Positions 5,785 to 10,854 of a stretch of DNA of 10,854 nt are shown here, piece after piece. The notes under the pieces are model-generated. The model saw nothing but the letters and a program-made list of their open reading frames with translations, was not told where the DNA came from and made no database searches. The DNA is from a virus, in the UHGV virus genome UHGV-0142836; one strand, 5' to 3'. The position numbers and the translations under genes are program-made. Position 1 is the first letter of the stretch, and each line of letters starts with the position of its first letter.

Positions 5785-7875
5785 ATGGCACAATTTAAAG
5801 TTGATAGTTTTATCGTTGAGCTAGGCTTCAGCGAGAGCGTTATTAAGGGCTTGCAAAGAGTTGAAAAGGCAGCTTTGCAGTCAGCACAAAGAATTGAAAA
5901 GAACCTAAATAAAGGTTTTAGGATTAATACAAAGCAGCTTGATAGTAATTTAACGGCTTCTTTAGGGCAGCTTGAAAGAAAGTTTAATAAGACTTTTGAT
6001 AAGATTGAACAGAGAGCAAGAAATACTAAAGCTTTCCAGTTTACAACCAGATTTAATGACACTGTTAATCCTCCAAAACAATCAAGGCAACCACGAATTA
6101 GCGGAAACAGAGCAATCACAGCAGCGCATAGCGTGAATATGTCTAAGCTTGGTGATATTAATCCGCTGATGGCTAAAATGTTTAAAGCACAGTATTACAG
6201 CTTAAGCGGTAAGGCTGGTAATATTGGAAGTGAAAAGTTTAACGCTGAACTTGCAAAATTAAATCAATCTCTTCGTGAAACGTTGAATAAACTCAGGTCA
6301 CAGACAAAGACCACCAGCAAAAACAATCACAGTGAAAATGCTTCGAATGGTCTGGATGTATTAGCTACGAGTGCAATCAAAGCAGGTACAGCCATTTATA
6401 GTTTTCAGACAGCCTTAGAAGCTTACAAGAAGGTTATGGAGGTTGGTCTGAAAAAAGAAGCATCACAACGAGCGGCACAATTCGTTTTAGGTGATGAAGG
6501 TGCTAAACGAGCTACAGAATTTGTGAAGAATCTTGCTAATAATACAGGTGTTGACCAGATTGAGACATTAAGCAGCTTTGCTAAGTTTTCCGCTGGTGCT
6601 GGTGATATGAATGCAGACCAGAAAGAATCCTTATTTAGTAATGTGATTGGTACATCCCGACTAATGGGTTTAAGCACTGATGAGATTAACGGGATTCTAA
6701 AAGCTTTCGAGCAGATGGCTTCTAAAGGGAAGATTCAGGCTGAAGAGCTACGTGGTCAATTAGGGGACAGAATGGCAGGTGCTTTTCAGTTATTTGCCAG
6801 AAGCCTTGGGATGACTACAGAGCAATTAGATGCAGCTATGAAGAACGGTAAAGTTCTTTCTAAAGATGTTCTTCCTAAAGTATCCGCTGAAATGGGAAGG
6901 ATGATTGATAAAGCTGGTGGATGGGAAAAGATTATTAACTCTACTCAGACGCAGTTAGGCCGCCTTTCTAATTCATGGAATAATAATCTGGCCTTAATGT
7001 TCGATGGTTCACAGGAAGGTTTAACAGACTTTACAAGGTCACTGACTAATTTACTTAATTCGCTAGGTGGGCAATCTAAAAATCTTGGTGAACATTTTGG
7101 CGACTTGATGAAAAGTATGTCAAACGGTATTGATGATTTAACCACGATTAGCTACCGAGTGCAGGGATTCTTTGACAGAGTGACCCTTGCTTACAGAGAA
7201 TTAAATGACACTCAAAAAGCTGTAGCTGATGGTATCGCAAATGGCCTGTTAAGTGCATTAAAGGGACTTGCTGGTATTGTTGCTGTAAGGTCTGGTATTG
7301 GTGCTGTAGGTGGCATCTGGAACTTAATTAGGGCTATTTCCACGCTTGGAAATGTAGCAAATACAGCAGCGGGAAGAATCAATTCACGTTCTGGTACTGG
7401 TAGTGTTGAAGGTGGTAAAGGAAAATTATCTGTAGCTGATGCAATTACCAAAGTAATGATTGTTGGTATGGCAACTGATGTGATTAACTCCATTGTTAAA
7501 CCGTTCTATGAACGTCAGATGAGTAAGTCAGATAATCCAATTGACAAAGTTGTAAGGTCAAAGGTGGAACCCACAGACCAAGCATTGACTGGTGACATGA
7601 ACTCTTTAGCTGCTGTTTTATGGGCTATGGTTCAGGGCAAATCAAAGGATGTTCCACAGCTTTCACCTGAAGCATTAAATAATCTGAAAGGTCGAGTGGA
7701 AACATTCACACAAGATTTAAAGGTTATCAAGCCGTCAGTAAACATTCAGCCTCAGACAATCAATATCACAACTCAGACGGTACTTGATGGAAAGGTTATT
7801 GATGAAAGAACCACATCGCATATTAATCGTATGCAGGAAGATACCTTGATTAGCTCAGCTTACCCAGAGGAATAA
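5785..7875 (+). CDS. Protein with a phage tail tape-measure-like domain, 696 aa
   Basis: The segment 'FEQMASKGKIQAEELRGQLGDRMAGAFQLFARSLGMTTEQLDAAMKNGKVLSKDVLPKV' resembles the conserved tape-measure domain of lambda-like phages; Gly/Ala-rich hydrophobic stretch 'GLLSALKGLAGIVAVRSGIGAVGG'. Unusually short for a tape measure and lacking neighbouring tail genes. Confidence 0.5.
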   Translation: MAQFKVDSFIVELGFSESVIKGLQRVEKAALQSAQRIEKNLNKGFRINTKQLDSNLTASLGQLERKFNKTFDKIEQRARNTKAFQFTTRFNDTVNPPKQSRQPRISGNRAITAAHSVNMSKLGDINPLMAKMFKAQYYSLSGKAGNIGSEKFNAELAKLNQSLRETLNKLRSQTKTTSKNNHSENASNGLDVLATSAIKAGTAIYSFQTALEAYKKVMEVGLKKEASQRAAQFVLGDEGAKRATEFVKNLANNTGVDQIETLSSFAKFSAGAGDMNADQKESLFSNVIGTSRLMGLSTDEINGILKAFEQMASKGKIQAEELRGQLGDRMAGAFQLFARSLGMTTEQLDAAMKNGKVLSKDVLPKVSAEMGRMIDKAGGWEKIINSTQTQLGRLSNSWNNNLALMFDGSQEGLTDFTRSLTNLLNSLGGQSKNLGEHFGDLMKSMSNGIDDLTTISYRVQGFFDRVTLAYRELNDTQKAVADGIANGLLSALKGLAGIVAVRSGIGAVGGIWNLIRAISTLGNVANTAAGRINSRSGTGSVEGGKGKLSVADAITKVMIVGMATDVINSIVKPFYERQMSKSDNPIDKVVRSKVEPTDQALTGDMNSLAAVLWAMVQGKSKDVPQLSPEALNNLKGRVETFTQDLKVIKPSVNIQPQTINITTQTVLDGKVIDERTTSHINRMQEDTLISSAYPEE

Positions 7876-7899
7876 ACAATGTTAGAACTACTAATATTT

Positions 7900-7917
7900 A
7901 TTGCCACACATGGCAAT
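7900..7917. repeat. Perfect palindrome ATTGCCA-caca-TGGCAAT just downstream of the 696-aa gene
   Basis: 7-bp arms with a 4-nt spacer; possible weak terminator or operator. No clear T-tract. Confidence 0.3.
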
Positions 7918-7956
7918 CTATTAATCTTTATCTAGTATGACGATTCAACTATGAAT

Positions 7957-8034
7957 AGTCGAATGCTACGTGATTTCTTCTGAACAGATACCAACATCAA
8001 AAATTAGATTTCACGTAGCTCACGCTTAACAGAA
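7957..8034 (+). repeat. R1 element copy b: stem GCTACGTGA (7965-7973) / TCACGTAGC (8011-8019), box 'tcacgcttaacaga' (8020-8033), 15 nt before ATG 8049
   Basis: Perfect 9-bp stem with a 37-nt loop whose sequence ('tcttctgaacagata...caaaaatta') is conserved with copy a. Confidence 0.65.
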
Positions 8035-8048
8035 TAGGAATAACAACA

Positions 8049-8819
8049 ATGTTTGACACAAAGCAAATTAGATACTCAGGTAAAGATGGTATCTATTTTC
8101 ACCTTAGAGATAATGTAGAATCTTTTCTTGCCTTAACAGCTACTGAACAGATGGACTATGACAGCCCTATGATGGTGACAACTCAGGCTATGCAATCAGG
8201 GCAAACCGTCACAGATAATGTTCAGAGAGCACCTAAGACCATCTCTATTAGCGGTGTTGTAGTGGTTGATTCGACGGGTTCAATTCTATTAACCAGACAG
8301 GGGCAACTTGTAGAGACCTTTATTTCTACGGTTGAACAATGGCGAGACCAGAAGCAAATCATCACTATTGTTTGTAGAGATGGAATAGCTATCACTGATA
8401 GTATCATTACTCAGTTTAAAGCGAGTAAAGAGCATACCATTGCTAATGGTCTTCGTATTCAGATGACCTTCCAAGGTGTAGAATTTCGTTCAATCGTAGG
8501 TCAAACTGATATTTCGGCTGCAACTGGAAAAGCCGCGACTACGAATGATGGTGGTGCTACCAGTAAAAAGAATACAGGGAATACTACGACAAGTTTAGGT
8601 AATGGTATGTTGCTGTGTCAGGAGTTATATAATCGCTCTACGAGTGAACTCACTAATGAGCAACTTCAAGCCCGTATCAATTGTGGTAGAAGTGTCAAAG
8701 TTGAGAACGGAAAAAGCACCTTCTCAGATGCCGCTAATGAGCAGGCTTCAAAAGTGCTTAAGTCGGGTAATGCTTTACGGAAATTTAGTGTGAATCCGAA
8801 TAAGAAGGGCACTTATTGA
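8049..8819 (+). CDS. Hypothetical protein, 256 aa, with a Thr/Gly/Ser-rich central region
   Basis: Intact ORF immediately after R1b; no recognisable motif. A distal-tail or other structural role is conceivable only from its position after the tape-measure-like gene. Confidence 0.55.
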   Translation: MFDTKQIRYSGKDGIYFHLRDNVESFLALTATEQMDYDSPMMVTTQAMQSGQTVTDNVQRAPKTISISGVVVVDSTGSILLTRQGQLVETFISTVEQWRDQKQIITIVCRDGIAITDSIITQFKASKEHTIANGLRIQMTFQGVEFRSIVGQTDISAATGKAATTNDGGATSKKNTGNTTTSLGNGMLLCQELYNRSTSELTNEQLQARINCGRSVKVENGKSTFSDAANEQASKVLKSGNALRKFSVNPNKKGTY

Positions 8820-8828
8820 GACATAAAA

Positions 8829-8846
8829 AGGGGCTTCATAGCCCCT
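8829..8846. terminator. Bidirectional terminator between the convergent 256-aa gene and the recombinase gene
   Basis: Perfect stem AGGGGC / GCCCCT with a 6-nt loop, flanked by AAAAA upstream (a T-run on the minus strand, so it reads as a terminator for the recombinase transcript). Confidence 0.5.
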
Positions 8847-8851
8847 GAAAA

Positions 8852-10372
8852 TTACAGTTGATAAGCGTCAATATCCAGTAGCTCTTTATCAGCAATTTCA
8901 AAGATTGGTGACCCATCATTTAGCGGTAACGGGTTTGTAGGTATGGTGATTTTAGTGTCGTTCTGTAGCGTTACAGTTACCGAATCCTTACCCAATGTAA
9001 GCCCTTTTAGATGTTTGGACAAAATCAACTGACACTCGACACGACCTGCTTTAGTTGTCAGGTCAATATCTTTAAGCTGGGGTAGTTCCTTATCAGTGAG
9101 TGAAGCCTTACGCCTCATGTTATCAATCGTGGTCTGTAGCTCTGTGCGCTTCTGGTTAAGTCCCTTCACCTGTGTTTTCAACTCTGTAATATCATCCATT
9201 TCAAGAAGTAGGGCGGTAGCTTTCTTGATTCTAGCTGTGACAATTTCAACCTCATGCTGTAACGCTGCAATCTTCCTCTCTGATTCTCCATCATTCCCCA
9301 CGTCAATCATCCCCAGAAAATTATCAATCATCCATCGGTCAAACGGTTTACGCTTCAACGGTGGAACATCACAGCGACCGTCAGGATTGTTATTGCACCT
9401 GTAAACTCCTGCATACTTATTCTTAGTCCCTGTAGGGTGAACACTAGCCCCACACTGACACCGGAATAATCCCTTGAAGATGTTAATCGTTAATGGGTTA
9501 TCACTTGCAGGTGTACGGCCTTTACGATTTTTATCGAGGATTTCTTGAGCTTTATTGAACGTTGCAGCATCTATAGCGGCTTCGTAGTAGTTCGGTATAG
9601 CGGGGCGGTCATTGCGCTGTGATGCTGGTAACGTGCCTATTGTTGTCTCCGACCTTAAGATGGTGCGTACAGAGTGGACACTAAACCCGTTAGCATCTTT
9701 ACGCCGTGAGAATGAACTAATGTTATTAGCCTGTAGGTGACGTGCAATGTTATGTAGACTTTCACCATCTAGCAGCAGTTTGAAAATCAGTCTTACAGTC
9801 TCAGCGTGTTCATTGACTTCAAAAGTCTCAGGGTCAATCCATCCGGGGACCATCTTTGTTAAACGTTGTTTACCAGCAAGGGCAAGTTTTGCACGTTGCC
9901 CCCATTTCTGAGAAACACGGAAAGACTTCTGTTTACTCTCCTGATGCGCTAGGTAGCTTTTAACCCGCTGAATGATTGAGATTCCTAAATCATCGGATAG
10001 AGCATCCCTTGTGTAGATTAGCCCATCCTGTAGAGTGTGAATCTCGATACCATGAGCAATAATGCGGTTCATCAAGGCTTCTGTTTCAAGGTGTTCTAAG
10101 CGGCCTATACGGTCGATACTCTCAACAAGCAAAATCGTACCTTTTGAAAACTCCCCAGACTCAATACGGGCTAACATGTCACCAAACTGACCAGTAAGGT
10201 GCTTACCTTTGTAACCGGATAGACCCTCATCACTGAAAGACGCTACTACTTGAGCATCGCTATTCTTCTTCAACCATTGCTTGAACAGGTCATTTTGTCG
10301 TCTGGTTGAATCTGCACCTTCAGCGCCTTGTATGGCTGAACTGTACCGAAGGTATGTAATTACGCTTCTCAT
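8852..10372 (-). CDS. Large serine recombinase (phage or element integrase), 506 aa
   Basis: N-terminal resolvase-type catalytic domain (YLRYSS...Q with the Ser nucleophile, DEGLSGYKG, IDRIGR); a Cys cluster (CQCGASVH...YRCNNNPDGRCD) consistent with a zinc ribbon; C-terminal coiled-coil segment. Confidence 0.9.
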   Translation of the reverse strand: MRSVITYLRYSSAIQGAEGADSTRRQNDLFKQWLKKNSDAQVVASFSDEGLSGYKGKHLTGQFGDMLARIESGEFSKGTILLVESIDRIGRLEHLETEALMNRIIAHGIEIHTLQDGLIYTRDALSDDLGISIIQRVKSYLAHQESKQKSFRVSQKWGQRAKLALAGKQRLTKMVPGWIDPETFEVNEHAETVRLIFKLLLDGESLHNIARHLQANNISSFSRRKDANGFSVHSVRTILRSETTIGTLPASQRNDRPAIPNYYEAAIDAATFNKAQEILDKNRKGRTPASDNPLTINIFKGLFRCQCGASVHPTGTKNKYAGVYRCNNNPDGRCDVPPLKRKPFDRWMIDNFLGMIDVGNDGESERKIAALQHEVEIVTARIKKATALLLEMDDITELKTQVKGLNQKRTELQTTIDNMRRKASLTDKELPQLKDIDLTTKAGRVECQLILSKHLKGLTLGKDSVTVTLQNDTKITIPTNPLPLNDGSPIFEIADKELLDIDAYQL

Positions 10373-10528
10373 GGTGATAAACTCTCATGCAATTGATTAT
10401 CATTTAAAGATAAGCTTATAACCGTTATGGCTAATGCTACAATGCCGAATAGCTACAATACAATGACCCTTGAATGAAGTCTATTCGGTTTTCTAAGAGA
10501 CCTGTTAAAAACAGGACAATATCAGGTG

Positions 10529-10554
10529 TAGTTGGGCTTGTTCCAACCCCTATG
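10529..10554. repeat. att-like repeat part B (right copy), containing hairpin GTTGG-gcttgtt-CCAAC
   Basis: 'tagttgggcttgttccaacccctat' matches 2093-2118 with 2 mismatches; lies about 155 bp upstream of the recombinase start. Confidence 0.4.
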
Positions 10555-10824
10555 ACTATGCAATTTTCCAAGTATCTAAGCAGTTTTACACAGATTCTAT
10601 GCAGTATCGGTATAGTCCCTTTTTATCATAACTTATTGAAATATATAAAGAATATGTGAAGTCCCTTTTCAGGGTAAACTGTATCGTGTTAGTCGTCCCT
10701 CTCCAGACTCCTAGAAAAGTGCTATATACAGGAGTATATAACGCTATATAGATGTTTGGTCACCATACGTTACAGTTGCAAGAGATAACAATCAGCTATG
10801 TGAAAGTTAGGAGGTGATGGTTAT

Positions 10825-10842
10825 AGTTGATTCGGTTAGTTC
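10825..10842. repeat. att-like repeat part A (right copy), 18 bp identical to 2080-2097
   Basis: Exact 18-bp direct repeat about 8.75 kb from its partner; flanking sequence differs on both sides, as expected for a recombination junction. Confidence 0.45.
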
Positions 10843-10854
10843 TAGGAATCAACC

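Larger units (their letters stand above)
2080..10842. mobile_element. Candidate ~8.8 kb integrative element bounded by the 18-bp direct repeats, with the serine recombinase at its right end
   Basis: Exact direct repeats bracket a one-directional gene block and a terminal convergent serine recombinase. Boundaries are uncertain because R1- and R2-like sequences also occur to the left of 2080. Confidence 0.3.

Noticed and set aside
5685-6119. Minus-strand ORF of 144 aa antisense to the start of the 696-aa gene and to R1a
   Set aside because: Overlaps a well-supported plus-strand gene and its conserved upstream element; low-complexity Leu/Ser/Cys-rich translation typical of antisense frames; no ribosome-binding site.
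6423-7493. Three minus-strand ORFs (6423-6677, 6945-7145, 7212-7493) inside the 696-aa gene
   Set aside because: Fully embedded antisense to a long gene; no start context; compositionally shadow-like (Pro/Ser/Ala-rich).
8222-8793. ORFs 8222-8407 (-), 8289-8474 (-) and 8602-8793 (+) inside the 256-aa gene
   Set aside because: Embedded in or out of frame with the 256-aa gene; short, with no ribosome-binding sites.
9096-9404. Plus-strand 102-aa ORF antisense within the serine recombinase gene
   Set aside because: Lies entirely within the high-confidence recombinase gene on the opposite strand; Ser/Cys-rich shadow frame.
10474-10659. Plus-strand 61-aa ORF in the region upstream of the recombinase
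   Set aside because: No Shine-Dalgarno; spans the att-like repeat B and an inverted repeat; more likely non-coding regulatory or att sequence.
10809-10854. Strong AGGAGG followed by ATG at 10817 with an open frame running off the window end
   Set aside because: Only 2 nt between the Shine-Dalgarno and the ATG, and the frame runs through the 18-bp att-like repeat; cannot be evaluated with 12 codons at the window edge.
1-10854. CRISPR array
   Set aside because: No series of three or more regularly spaced identical repeats with unique spacers; the repeat families found occur in two copies with irregular spacing.

Overview
Read by eye, with no computation or database search. The window is AT-rich and looks like part of a phage-derived integrative element from a low-GC bacterium; host and family are unknown. 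Gene content, left to right: a ~1.75 kb stretch with no ORF of 60 aa or more on either strand (1-1758), packed with hairpins, direct repeats and a recurring CTTAACAG octamer; a convergent small membrane-protein gene (1759-1935, minus); a sigma70-like promoter driving a translationally coupled four-gene operon (2284-3615) that includes a probable ribbon-helix-helix protein and a small HNH endonuclease; further small genes of unknown function; a 696-aa protein with a phage tape-measure-like domain (5785-7875); a 256-aa protein; and a convergent large serine recombinase (8852-10372, minus). Three repeat families are not explained by the genes: R1 (a ~85-bp element with a 9-10 bp stem and a CTCACGCTTAACAGA box, directly upstream of the 696-aa and 256-aa genes), R2 (a ~100-130 bp element with inverted-repeat arms, two full copies plus a solo arm), and att-like repeats (an 18-bp exact direct repeat at 2080-2097 and 10825-10842, plus a 26-bp related repeat). 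Most products are unrecognised; only the serine recombinase is a high-confidence call. All coordinates were counted by hand and may be off by a base or two.
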